Counted from the stretch's first letter, positions 16,578-25,545 are shown. The stretch is 42,143 nt of DNA from an uncultured Methanosarcinales archaeon (GCA_964427985.1 CAYRWJ010000003.1:753-42895), one strand, 5' to 3'. The notes: generated by a model not told the origin, from the letters alone. A program made the numbers and translations.

Positions 16578-17789
16578 TTACCTCTTTCTTTTTTCTATTT
16601 TTATTGCAAGTTTTAGAACATCTATTGAATCATCGTCCACAGATAATTTGATTACGTTATTGCCTTCTTCTAAATAACTGTCAATTATTTTTGTAAATTC
16701 TTCATCTCTTTGATAGATGCCAATATCTCGATTGTTAATTTCTAGTTTCATGTTGATGTATTCATCATCAACTACAAATTCCATAGTCATATTTGCGATA
16801 TAATCACTATCTGATATGTCTTCCCATTGGTCTTCATTTATATATACATAAAATTTTGGTTCTCTTTTTTCTTTTAAATCAGTTTTTACTTTGATTCTAT
16901 CTACTAAATATGTTCCTTTTTCTGTTTTAAATCCGATTTCATTTATGCCCGTTGTTATGTATGCTGGCGGAATAAAAAGTGTGTTTAATACATTGCAATC
17001 TGGTACTGCACTAAATATTTCATTTGTGTTTATTCTTATGTGTAGTTTTCCTGCACCTATGCCTTGACATTCAGGTACAAATCTTAATCTTGCTTCGTTT
17101 ATGTTGTCTCTTGAGTCTAATATGTTAAATACAGTTTTTGTATCTTGTCCTGAAACATCTGTTATGTCTGCTAATATTTTTACGTTTTCAAAAGAATAAT
17201 CGTTTGCATTCCAAAATGCAATTCCTACTGATGATGTTGAAAATTCAACGGTATTACTTCCTGTGCTTAATTTTTCTTTTGGTAACATTATTGAATCAGA
17301 ATTATACTGATTTATGTCTTTTTCATAAATCATTTGTGAGTTTAATCTTATTGATAATATTCCCTCATTTTTTAAGGTGTTAAAAGATAATAATAAATTA
17401 TTTATGTTGTTTTTATCTATTATTTCAAATTCTATTGTTTTGGCTTTTTTTGTAAACCAACTATTCTTAATAATGAATGGATTTTCTTTTTTTATAATTT
17501 CGGCATCGGTGGTTCTTACAAGTTTAACTGAAGGTAAATCATATTCATATTGTGTTCTTCCTTCTTCTTCTATTCTTCCTGGACTAACATCTAATAATAC
17601 TCTGCTATTAGTTGTGCTGGTTATTGTTCCTGAACTATGTACGTTTCCATTTCCAATACTTGATCCTGTGTCCAAATCTAATAATTCATTTCGTGCATCA
17701 GAAGGAATTAATAACACATATAATATTAAAAATATCGCAAATAAGAATACTAATACTGCTGCATATGCAGCATCTCCTTTTTTATTCAT
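16578..17789 (-). CDS. N-terminally anchored (possibly class III/pilin-type signal) extracellular beta-rich protein, first gene of the envelope operon
   Basis: 403 aa. MNKKGDAAYAAVLVFLFAIFLILYVLLIP N-terminus; the rest is hydrophilic and beta-strand-like. Leaderless-type spacing to the TATA at 17807-17818. Confidence 0.72.
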   Translation of the reverse strand: MNKKGDAAYAAVLVFLFAIFLILYVLLIPSDARNELLDLDTGSSIGNGNVHSSGTITSTTNSRVLLDVSPGRIEEEGRTQYEYDLPSVKLVRTTDAEIIKKENPFIIKNSWFTKKAKTIEFEIIDKNNINNLLLSFNTLKNEGILSIRLNSQMIYEKDINQYNSDSIMLPKEKLSTGSNTVEFSTSSVGIAFWNANDYSFENVKILADITDVSGQDTKTVFNILDSRDNINEARLRFVPECQGIGAGKLHIRINTNEIFSAVPDCNVLNTLFIPPAYITTGINEIGFKTEKGTYLVDRIKVKTDLKEKREPKFYVYINEDQWEDISDSDYIANMTMEFVVDDEYINMKLEINNRDIGIYQRDEEFTKIIDSYLEEGNNVIKLSVDDDSIDVLKLAIKIEKRKR

Positions 17790-17806
17790 GTTCTAAAATA
17801 ATTAAC

Positions 17807-17818
17807 TTTATATATAAA
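17807..17818. promoter_or_regulatory. Perfectly palindromic TATA element TTTATATATAAA centred between two divergent start codons (17789 and 17837)
   Basis: Its reverse complement equals itself. The centre (17812.5) is about 24 nt from each ATG. Confidence 0.5.
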
Positions 17819-17836
17819 TGTTCCTATTTTACGCAC

Positions 17837-18886
17837 ATGAAAAAGATTTTCTTCGATTCTAAAAAAGGAGCCAGACTTCAGGTCGAAAATTTAGACGATT
17901 TGTGGTACTTAAGTCAGCTGGTAGATCAAGGCGATAGTTTGCGCGGTAAAACTTATAGAAAAATTAAATTGTCATCTTCTAATGAAAAGTCCAAGGTAGA
18001 AAAGAAACCAATTACTTTAACTATTTGTGTTGAAAAAGTGGATTTGACTGATTCAAATTTAAAGGTTAATGGGACTGTTTTAACTCCATCTGATGATATT
18101 CCTAAAGGATCTTATCAGTCTATTACTTTAGAAATTAATTCTATTTTGACTCTAACAAAAAATAATTGGTTTAAGTTTCAGATAGAAAGATTGAATGAAG
18201 CATGTTCCCAAAAAGTTAAAGGTATATTGATTGCAATATTGGACAGGGAACTTGCAATTTTTGCACTTACAAAAAATTATGGGTATGATGTTTTAGCTAA
18301 GTTAGAAGGAGATGTTCAAAAAAAGGAAGATCGTAATGTTGCTAAGTCTTCGTTTTATGGGGATGTTATTAATGTAATTCAAACATATTTGGAACGGTAT
18401 AAATTAGATAATGTAATTGTTGCCTCTCCTGCTTTTTGGAAAGAAGAGCTTATGAAAAAGATGGATTCAGAATTAAAAAAGAAGGTAGTTGTTGCTACTG
18501 TTCATTCTGTTGATGAGTCGTCAATTAAGGAAGTTCTTAAACGTGATGAAATTCAAACTATATTAAAAGAAGAAAGAATTACAAAAGAACTTATTGTTGT
18601 TGATAAGTTATTGAAAGAAATTTCTAAAGATGGAAAAGCAGTGTATGGAATTAGGGATGTGTTTAAAGCATCAGAGGTAGGAGCTATTGAAACTCTTCTT
18701 ATAACTGATTCTAAGATTAAAGAATATAGAGAAAAAGGAATTTATGAAAAAGTTGATAATATCCTGAAGGCAGTTGATGTATTAAAAGGTAATGTTAGTA
18801 TTATTAGTGCTAAAAATGATGCAGGTAAAAAATTAAATGGTCTTACAGGGATTGCAGCTATTCTTCGGTATAAACTTAATCTCTAA
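17837..18886 (+). CDS. pelA: Pelota/Dom34 mRNA surveillance protein
   Basis: 349 aa from the internal ATG. MKKIFFDSKKGARLQVENLDDLWYLSQLV N-domain and eRF1-like central and C-terminal domains. The tracked ORF's 75-codon upstream extension overlaps the divergent gene and promoter. Confidence 0.9.
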   Translation: MKKIFFDSKKGARLQVENLDDLWYLSQLVDQGDSLRGKTYRKIKLSSSNEKSKVEKKPITLTICVEKVDLTDSNLKVNGTVLTPSDDIPKGSYQSITLEINSILTLTKNNWFKFQIERLNEACSQKVKGILIAILDRELAIFALTKNYGYDVLAKLEGDVQKKEDRNVAKSSFYGDVINVIQTYLERYKLDNVIVASPAFWKEELMKKMDSELKKKVVVATVHSVDESSIKEVLKRDEIQTILKEERITKELIVVDKLLKEISKDGKAVYGIRDVFKASEVGAIETLLITDSKIKEYREKGIYEKVDNILKAVDVLKGNVSIISAKNDAGKKLNGLTGIAAILRYKLNL

Positions 18887-18906
18887 CAATCCTGTTCCAT
18901 TACCAT

Positions 18907-18923
18907 ATTTGGATTATCCAAAT
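18907..18923. promoter_or_regulatory. 17-bp palindrome ATTTGGAT-t-ATCCAAAT between pelota and the TrmB-family regulator
   Basis: 8+1+8 perfect inverted repeat read from the sequence. Function as operator or terminator is unproven. Confidence 0.35.
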
Positions 18924-19028
18924 CTTTAAAAGCTAAATTTAATAACAACTATTGAAGGGTGAAAAAGCACAACATATAAATAGTAGTAATGAATTGTATT
19001 TTTTAATAAAGGGGTGGGGTGAAACTAT

Positions 19029-19844
19029 ATGATTGTTAAAGACGAATTTTTAAGTAAACTGAGAAGGTACTTTTCATTAAATCTTTATGAGGTTAAAATT
19101 TGGACTGCTCTTCTTTCTAGAGGCGTTTCTACTGCAGGAGAATTATCTGATATTGCTGAAGTTCCAAGAAGTAGAAGTTATGATGTTCTTGAAAGTCTTG
19201 AGAAAAAAGGATTTATTATTACTAAAATTGGTAAACCAATTCGGTATATTGCTGTTGCTCCTAATGAAGTTGTTGAACGAGTTAAAATCAATCTTAAACA
19301 GGAAGCTGATGAGCGAGTTAAATATCTTGAAGATTTGAAAACTACTGATGTTCTTAATGAATTAAATAATTTACATACGCAAGGTATTGAATTAGTTGAG
19401 CCTTCAGAACTTTCTGGTAGTTTAAAAGGTCGACATAATTTATACAATCATTTAGAATTAACTATTAGAGGTGCTGAAAAATCAGTTACTATCTTAACAA
19501 CAACTCAAGGTCTTATTAGAAAAATTGAGGGTTTAAAACCAACTTTTGAAAAGTTGAAAAAAAGGGGAGTTAAAATTAGAATTGCTGCACCTTTAACTAA
19601 AGATTGTAAGGGCGCCGTTAAAGATCTTGGAGATTTAGCTGAAATTAAAAACACTGATCTTCCGGGTAGATTTGCTATTGTTGATGGTAAAGAATTAATT
19701 TTTATGATATTAAATGATACTGAAGTTCATCCAACGTATGATACCGGTATTTGGGTTAATACACCTTTCTTTGCTACTGCTATGGAAAATTTGTTTGATT
19801 CTTCTTGGAAGAACATGGATGATGCAAGTAAAATTATGAAGTAA
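19029..19844 (+). CDS. TrmB-family transcriptional regulator
   Basis: 271 aa. N-terminal wHTH YEVKIWTALLSRGVSTAGELSDIAEVPRSRSYDVLESLEKKGFI plus a TrmB-type C-terminal domain. Strong SD-like GGGGTGGGGTGA upstream. Confidence 0.85.
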   Translation: MIVKDEFLSKLRRYFSLNLYEVKIWTALLSRGVSTAGELSDIAEVPRSRSYDVLESLEKKGFIITKIGKPIRYIAVAPNEVVERVKINLKQEADERVKYLEDLKTTDVLNELNNLHTQGIELVEPSELSGSLKGRHNLYNHLELTIRGAEKSVTILTTTQGLIRKIEGLKPTFEKLKKRGVKIRIAAPLTKDCKGAVKDLGDLAEIKNTDLPGRFAIVDGKELIFMILNDTEVHPTYDTGIWVNTPFFATAMENLFDSSWKNMDDASKIMK

Positions 19845-20033
19845 CCATAACCTTTTTATATTTGTTTTTTCTTCTTTATTATATGAAACAATTAAATCAG
19901 TTAACTTTTAGTTTTGGTTTAGTTGGTGCTTTCTTCTTTTTTTAACGGGAGGATTTAGATTTTACTAAGTCCAAAAGAATAAAACTAGAAGAAATGCTAA
20001 AACTTTAAATAAAACATAAATACCACAAATAAA

Positions 20034-21551
20034 ATGGATATTAAAATATTGATGGAATCGTTGCATGCTTTGGAAATTAAAGTACTACCTTCGCTAAAAA
20101 AGTATACTAAATTTGAATATTTAGTAAAAGATTCTAATCTTAAAGAAGTAGAGGTTATGCGTGCACTTCAATGGTTAGAAAACAAAAAAGTTCTTAAAAT
20201 ATTTAAAGAAGAAAAAGAGTTGGTTGAACTTGATGTTAATGGTAAAGAATATGTTACTTTGGGTCTTCCTGAAAAAAGGTTACTTATTGAATTAGATAAA
20301 TGCGAAAAATCAATTAATGAAATTGAGTCTTTAAAAAAAGAGGAGGTTGGTATTTCTATCGGTGCTCTAAAAAGTAAGGCTGCTATTTTAATGAATCAAG
20401 GAAAATTATCAATAACTCCTCAAGGAAAAGCTTTACTAAAAAAGGAATTTTTAGAAGAAGCTTTTCTTAAAAAACAATTTCCTTTAGAAACCTCTGTTTT
20501 AAAAGAGGAAGAAGTTTTTGCTTTGAATAATCTAAAAAAGCGTAAACAAATAATTAAAGTGGAAAAAAGAAAGATTATTACTGTGGATTTAACTGATTTA
20601 GGTAAACAATTAATTACTCAAGATATTAAAGTAGGAGATTTTATTGATAGACTTACTCCAAAATTAATTAAGTCTGGTGAATGGAAAAATAAAAAGTTTA
20701 GAAGATATGATGTTTCTATTAATGTTCCTCAAATTGATGGTGGTAAGCGTCATTTTGTTAGCCAGGCGTTAGAATATGCTAAACAGGTTTGGATGGATAT
20801 GGGTTTTAAGGAGATGGTTGGACAAAAAATCCAAACTTCTTTTTGGAATTTTGATACTTTATTTACTCCTCAAGATCATCCTGTTAGAGAAATGCAAGAT
20901 ACTTTTTTTATTAAAACTGTTGAAAAAGGTAAGCTTCCAGATAATAAAAAATTGATTGCTGCTATTAAGGATGCACATGAAAATGGTGTTCAAGGTAATT
21001 TGGGCTGGGGTGGTAATTGGAATGAAGAAATTGCTAAAACCAATGTTCTTAGAACACACACTACCTGTTTGTCTGCTAAAACTTTGTCTAATCTAAAAAA
21101 AGAAGATTTTCCTGCAAAATTTTTTGCTTTAGGAAGATGTTTTCGTAATGAATCATTAGATTGGTCTCATTTATTTGAGTTTAATCAGACTGAAGGAATA
21201 GTTGTTGACCCAAATGCTAATTTCAAAAATTTATTGGGTTATTTAAATCAGTTTTTTAAGAAAATGGGTTTTGAAAAAGTTAGATTTCGTCCTGCGTATT
21301 TTCCTTATACTTTTTTATCTACTGAGATAGATGTTTTTCATGAGGGAAAACAAACTTGGTTAGAATTAGGGGGGGCAGGAATCTTTAGACCAGAACTTAC
21401 TATTCCTTTGTTAGGCGAAGAAGTGCCAGTTCTTGCTTGGGGTCCTGGTTTTGACAGAATCATAATGGATTATTATCAAATAAAAGATTTAAGAGAGCTT
21501 TACTCTAATAATCTTAAACAACTAAGAAAAATTAAAGCGTGGAATCAATAA
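20034..21551 (+). CDS. pheS: Phenylalanine--tRNA ligase alpha subunit
   Basis: 505 aa. N-terminal wH repeats. Class II motifs HPVREMQDTFF, GRCFRNE, GAGIFRPE. TATA at about 20003-20010. Confidence 0.95.
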   Translation: MDIKILMESLHALEIKVLPSLKKYTKFEYLVKDSNLKEVEVMRALQWLENKKVLKIFKEEKELVELDVNGKEYVTLGLPEKRLLIELDKCEKSINEIESLKKEEVGISIGALKSKAAILMNQGKLSITPQGKALLKKEFLEEAFLKKQFPLETSVLKEEEVFALNNLKKRKQIIKVEKRKIITVDLTDLGKQLITQDIKVGDFIDRLTPKLIKSGEWKNKKFRRYDVSINVPQIDGGKRHFVSQALEYAKQVWMDMGFKEMVGQKIQTSFWNFDTLFTPQDHPVREMQDTFFIKTVEKGKLPDNKKLIAAIKDAHENGVQGNLGWGGNWNEEIAKTNVLRTHTTCLSAKTLSNLKKEDFPAKFFALGRCFRNESLDWSHLFEFNQTEGIVVDPNANFKNLLGYLNQFFKKMGFEKVRFRPAYFPYTFLSTEIDVFHEGKQTWLELGGAGIFRPELTIPLLGEEVPVLAWGPGFDRIIMDYYQIKDLRELYSNNLKQLRKIKAWNQ

Positions 21552-21552
21552 A

Positions 21553-23190
21553 ATGCCTACGGTAAAATTAAATAAAGAAGTATTTGAAAAATTGGTTGGT
21601 AAGAAATTGCCTATTGAAAAACTTAAAGATCGTATTTCAATGTTGGGAACAGACCTGGATGGTATTGAGGGTAATGAGATTAATGTTGAAGTTTTTCCTA
21701 ATCGTCCAGATATGCTTTCTGAACAAGGATTTGCTAGAGCATTTGCTTCATTCATTGAGACAAAACCTGGTTTAAGAGAGTATAAAGTTGAATCCTCTGG
21801 AGAAAAAGTCATTATTGATAAAAGTGTAAATCCTGTTCGTCCGTTTACTACTTGTTCTATTGTTAAAGGTCTTAAGTTTGATGATGAAACTATTAAAGAG
21901 GTAATTCAACTTCAAGAAAAACTTCATATTACTTATGGTAGAAATAGAAAAAAGTTTGCGATTGGTATTTATCCTATGGAAAAGATTAAGTTTCCTATTA
22001 CTTTTTTTGCTGAAGACCCAGATAAAATTAAGTTTCAACCTTTAGAATATCCTTCTGAACTTACAGGTAGGCAAATTTTAAGTAAACATCCTACTGGTAG
22101 AGAGTATGCAGATCAGTTAGAGGGAATGGATAAATTTCCTTTTTTTAAGGATGCAAATGATAAAATTTTGTCTATGCCCCCGATTATTAATTCTCATGAT
22201 GTTGGTAAAATTGATGAAAAAACTAAAAATGTTTTTATTGAATGTTCTGGGTTCGATTTGGAATATTTAAAAAATGGTTTGAATATGCTTGTTACAGCTT
22301 TAGAGGATATGGGAGGTAAAATTTACAGTTTAGAACTTGATTTTGGTGATAAAAAAATTACGACTCCTGATCTTTCTCCAAAAGAGTGGCCTATAGATAT
22401 AGAATATATCAATAAACGATTAGGTGTTAAACTTAAAGAAAATCAACTTCAACATCTGCTTGCTAAGATGGGTCATGATTATAAAGATGGCAAGGTTCTT
22501 TCTCCAGCATATCGTACTGATATTATGCACCCTGTTGATTTTGTGACTGATGTTGCTATTGCGTATGGTTATGAAAATTTTGAACCTGAAATTCCTGATG
22601 TTTCTACTTTGGGCGAAGAGAATTCTTTTGAAAAATTTAAGAAAAACATTGCAAGAATTTTAACTGGTTTGAAACTTTTAGAGACTGAGACTTATAATCT
22701 AACTAGTAAAGAAAATCAGAATACTAAAATGCTTACAACCTTACCTCTTATTGAACTTAAGAGTGCAGTTAATAATGAGTATAATATGTTGCGTGCTTGG
22801 ATGCTTCCTAGTTTAATGGGGGTTCTTAATTTTAATCTTAATCAGGAATATCCTCAAAATATTTTTGGTATTGGAACTGTGTTTAAAAAAGGAAATACTG
22901 AAACTGGAGTTGAAGAAACAGATAGGTTAGCTATTACGTTATGTGATGAATCTGCTGATTTTACTAAGATTAAACAAGTTCTTGATTATTTAATGAGAAT
23001 GTTGAATATGACGTATGAAGTGGTGGAAACCGAACATCCTTCTTTTATTCCTGGAAGAGTTGGACGTGTAATAGTTAACAAAAAAGAAGTTGCATATATT
23101 GGTGAGTTACATCCTGAAGTTCTTACTAATTTCCAGTTAGAAAATCCAGTTGCTTGTCTTGAGCTTAACTTAACAGAACTGTTTGAATAA
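21553..23190 (+). CDS. pheT: Phenylalanine--tRNA ligase beta subunit (archaeal type)
   Basis: 545 aa. MPTVKLNKEVFEKLVGK start, B3/4 and B5-like regions. Starts 1 nt after the pheS stop. Confidence 0.95.
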   Translation: MPTVKLNKEVFEKLVGKKLPIEKLKDRISMLGTDLDGIEGNEINVEVFPNRPDMLSEQGFARAFASFIETKPGLREYKVESSGEKVIIDKSVNPVRPFTTCSIVKGLKFDDETIKEVIQLQEKLHITYGRNRKKFAIGIYPMEKIKFPITFFAEDPDKIKFQPLEYPSELTGRQILSKHPTGREYADQLEGMDKFPFFKDANDKILSMPPIINSHDVGKIDEKTKNVFIECSGFDLEYLKNGLNMLVTALEDMGGKIYSLELDFGDKKITTPDLSPKEWPIDIEYINKRLGVKLKENQLQHLLAKMGHDYKDGKVLSPAYRTDIMHPVDFVTDVAIAYGYENFEPEIPDVSTLGEENSFEKFKKNIARILTGLKLLETETYNLTSKENQNTKMLTTLPLIELKSAVNNEYNMLRAWMLPSLMGVLNFNLNQEYPQNIFGIGTVFKKGNTETGVEETDRLAITLCDESADFTKIKQVLDYLMRMLNMTYEVVETEHPSFIPGRVGRVIVNKKEVAYIGELHPEVLTNFQLENPVACLELNLTELFE

Positions 23191-23194
23191 TAAA

Positions 23195-23707
23195 ATGTCC
23201 TTTTCAGATAAAGATAAAGAGTTTATGAAACTTGCTTTAGCTGAAGCAAAATTAGCTTTTGAGGATGGGAATGTCCCTATCGGAGCGGTTCTTGTTATTG
23301 ATGGAAATATTGTTGATAAAAAACACAATACTAAAGCAGACCATAAAAATAGTTGGTTTTTTCATGCAGAATTAAATATAATTAAGGAAAATTCTAAGAT
23401 GATTAGAGAGAATTATAAAAAAAATAGATCTAAAATCGAATTATTTACTACGTTAGAACCTTGTCTAATGTGTTTGGGCGCGATTATTTTACATCGAATA
23501 AGCAGGGTGGTGTATGCGTGTCCTGACCCTTTTGCAGGGGCGATTAATTTGGATCCAAAATCATTAACTGCTTGGTATGAAAGAAAGTGGCCCGAGATCG
23601 AATCGGGATTATTTGAAGAAGAATCTTATAAGTTAATGATTGATTTTATGCAAGGAAAAGATAATTGGAAAGAAGTTCTTTCTGAGTTTAAAAAAATAAA
23701 AAAATAA
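23195..23707 (+). CDS. CDA-fold nucleoside/nucleotide deaminase (TadA/guanine-deaminase-like)
   Basis: 170 aa from ATG 23195 (the tracked start at 23183 is TTG inside the pheT stop region). Zinc motifs HAE and PCLMC. Confidence 0.82.
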   Translation: MSFSDKDKEFMKLALAEAKLAFEDGNVPIGAVLVIDGNIVDKKHNTKADHKNSWFFHAELNIIKENSKMIRENYKKNRSKIELFTTLEPCLMCLGAIILHRISRVVYACPDPFAGAINLDPKSLTAWYERKWPEIESGLFEEESYKLMIDFMQGKDNWKEVLSEFKKIKK

Positions 23708-23709
23708 AA

Positions 23710-23895
23710 TTATTTCTTTTTCTCGAATAATCCCATGAATATTCCTAATGTTACCATTACTGCTGCTATTGGTACAATAACCCACATTTGTTCTGCTGCT
23801 AGTATTGATAATAATGCAACGATTACAATTAAAGTTATTCCTACTGCCCAGGTTATTGCTGCAAACTCATCACAACTCTTTTTTCTTTTTAACAT
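23710..23895 (-). CDS. Small two-helix membrane protein
   Basis: 61 aa from ATG 23895, preceded by strong SD GAGGTGAT. The tracked longer start at 23922 is TTG. Confidence 0.5.
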   Translation of the reverse strand: MLKRKKSCDEFAAITWAVGITLIVIVALLSILAAEQMWVIVPIAAVMVTLGIFMGLFEKKK

Positions 23896-23946
23896 TTTAT
23901 CACCTCTGATATAATAAAACAAAAATTAAATTAGAATTATTTAAAT

Positions 23947-24465
23947 TTAACTATTTTTAGTTGCAGTTTTCTTAATCTTTTCTTTTGCATCTGATGTTTC
24001 TTTCTCCTTTTTTGGAGTATCAGATTCCTGAGGCTCAGAAACCTTTTTTTCCGTTTCAGAATCTTTTGCTTTTGTAATTTCTGCTTTTACTTTGGTTTCT
24101 AACCCAGATTCTTTTACTGGTGTTTCTTTTTTTGAATATTTTTCTTTTTTAACTTTCTGTTGTGCTTCTTTTTCTTCTGCAGTTTTTCCTTTTCTAATTT
24201 TTCTTGGTCTTTCTCCTGCTTTTTTTGGTTTTGTTTCCCAAACATCTAATTTTAATTTCTTAAATGCGGTTATAACGTCTGAATGTGAAGCTTTGTTCTT
24301 TATGTCAACTGTTTCTTTTAAGGGAATTAGATGAATTTTATTACATTTTCTTCTTCTTACATTTCCATCTATTGTTACAAAGTTTTTGTCTAGAATTTCT
24401 ACTATTACACATTTTCTGCCTGCATCTCTGCCTGCTAATTTAACACATAATTGTCCTTGTTTCAT
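23947..24465 (-). CDS. rpl14e: Ribosomal protein eL14 with a long K/E-rich C-terminal extension
   Basis: 172 aa. KOW-type N-terminus GQLCVKLAGRDAGRKCVIVEILD. The C-terminal half is K/E/T-rich. Confidence 0.87.
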   Translation of the reverse strand: MKQGQLCVKLAGRDAGRKCVIVEILDKNFVTIDGNVRRRKCNKIHLIPLKETVDIKNKASHSDVITAFKKLKLDVWETKPKKAGERPRKIRKGKTAEEKEAQQKVKKEKYSKKETPVKESGLETKVKAEITKAKDSETEKKVSEPQESDTPKKEKETSDAKEKIKKTATKNS

Positions 24466-24508
24466 TTTTGTTTCTCCTGTTTCAGTTTTTTTTATTACAA
24501 TAGTTGCC

Positions 24509-24775
24509 TTATTGTTCTGAAACTGTTGCTTTAATTTTTGCTCTCATACATTTACTGCATAAGTTTCCACCATATGGTCTTTCTGGTCGTTTTTCAGTTT
24601 TTGCTAACTTTTTTATTTTTGAAGGTATATCTCTTGGAACGCCCATTAGTTTAGCTCCGCAAACACATTTTGCTGCTTTTGGTTTTCTTCTTTTATAATG
24701 TATAACCGTCTTTCCACCTGGTGTTTTTACAAATATTCTTCTCAGGCGCCTTGACTTCTTTTTTCCTTCAACCAT
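24509..24775 (-). CDS. rpl34e: Ribosomal protein eL34
   Basis: 88 aa. [35 protein letters not shown] and CSKC zinc-ribbon. TATA TTTATAAA (24798-24805) is 26 nt upstream on the minus strand. Confidence 0.92.
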   Translation of the reverse strand: MVEGKKKSRRLRRIFVKTPGGKTVIHYKRRKPKAAKCVCGAKLMGVPRDIPSKIKKLAKTEKRPERPYGGNLCSKCMRAKIKATVSEQ

Positions 24776-24923
24776 GGTTAATGGAACTCAGAAACTATTT
24801 ATAAAGCTTTCGAACAAAGTGAGAAAGGTTTATGCTTTGAACTGAACAAAATAAAGGGATATAAAGAGGATATCTTTCTTTAGAATAAATATTTTTAAAA
24901 ACTCTTGGCAATTTCTTAATTAA

Positions 24924-25529
24924 ATGCGTTGTAGACTTCAAGAAAAAAGTTATGATCAATTAAGTATTGCTATTGAAACTGCGTTAAGAGCTAAGTTCCC
25001 TCACAACAGGGGTTGGGGAGTGAAAGTTTTCCCAGTTATTGAGAGCAAGGAAGGTAACAGAAGTCAAAATATACTTATTTCTAATGATGGTCTGTATGTT
25101 TCACGTGCTGCTTCGTTTTATTGGAGTGTTGTTAAGGGTGAACAGCCAAATACTAAACGTGATGATTGTGATTGTTTTAATCGTTATTCTTTTAAATTAG
25201 TTCGAGGTTATATTGCTGGTTCTAAACCTGGCATGGTTAAAAAAAGAGCTAAGTCTGATAGAATTGAATTGGATGAACACGGCAAACCAATTATGATTGA
25301 AGGCAATGTGAGTATGTCTGATTCAGAAGTTAGTACTCGGTTTGAAGCAGTACGTTCAAGTTTAATAGAACTCGTTCCTGAGTTAGAGCAGGTTTTAAAT
25401 CAGCATGTTGAGTGTTCTTTTAATCCTAGAAATGAAAAGCCAGTTAGTCCTAACTATGTTCCTGCTAGGCCAGTTCCATTTAAAGGTAGGTTACTTAGAC
25501 AGCCATTTTTATGGGCGAATTATCTGTAA
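24924..25529 (+). CDS. Orphan hypothetical protein
   Basis: 201-aa ATG ORF on the opposite strand to its neighbours. No motif recognised. GC visibly higher than the local average for non-conserved genes. Confidence 0.6.
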   Translation: MRCRLQEKSYDQLSIAIETALRAKFPHNRGWGVKVFPVIESKEGNRSQNILISNDGLYVSRAASFYWSVVKGEQPNTKRDDCDCFNRYSFKLVRGYIAGSKPGMVKKRAKSDRIELDEHGKPIMIEGNVSMSDSEVSTRFEAVRSSLIELVPELEQVLNQHVECSFNPRNEKPVSPNYVPARPVPFKGRLLRQPFLWANYL

Positions 25530-25545
25530 ACAATATAGAATTGTG

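Noticed and set aside
17612-17836. 75-codon N-terminal extension of the pelota ORF in the ORF track
   Set aside because: It overlaps the divergent envelope-operon gene and the shared TATA box. The Pelota homology starts at the internal ATG at 17837, which has canonical TATA spacing.
24924-25529. Higher-GC stretch considered as a structured ncRNA or as a diverged cmk
   Set aside because: A 201-codon stop-free frame with a properly spaced TATA argues for coding. There is no P-loop or kinase motif and no obvious long-range RNA helices. It is kept as an orphan CDS.
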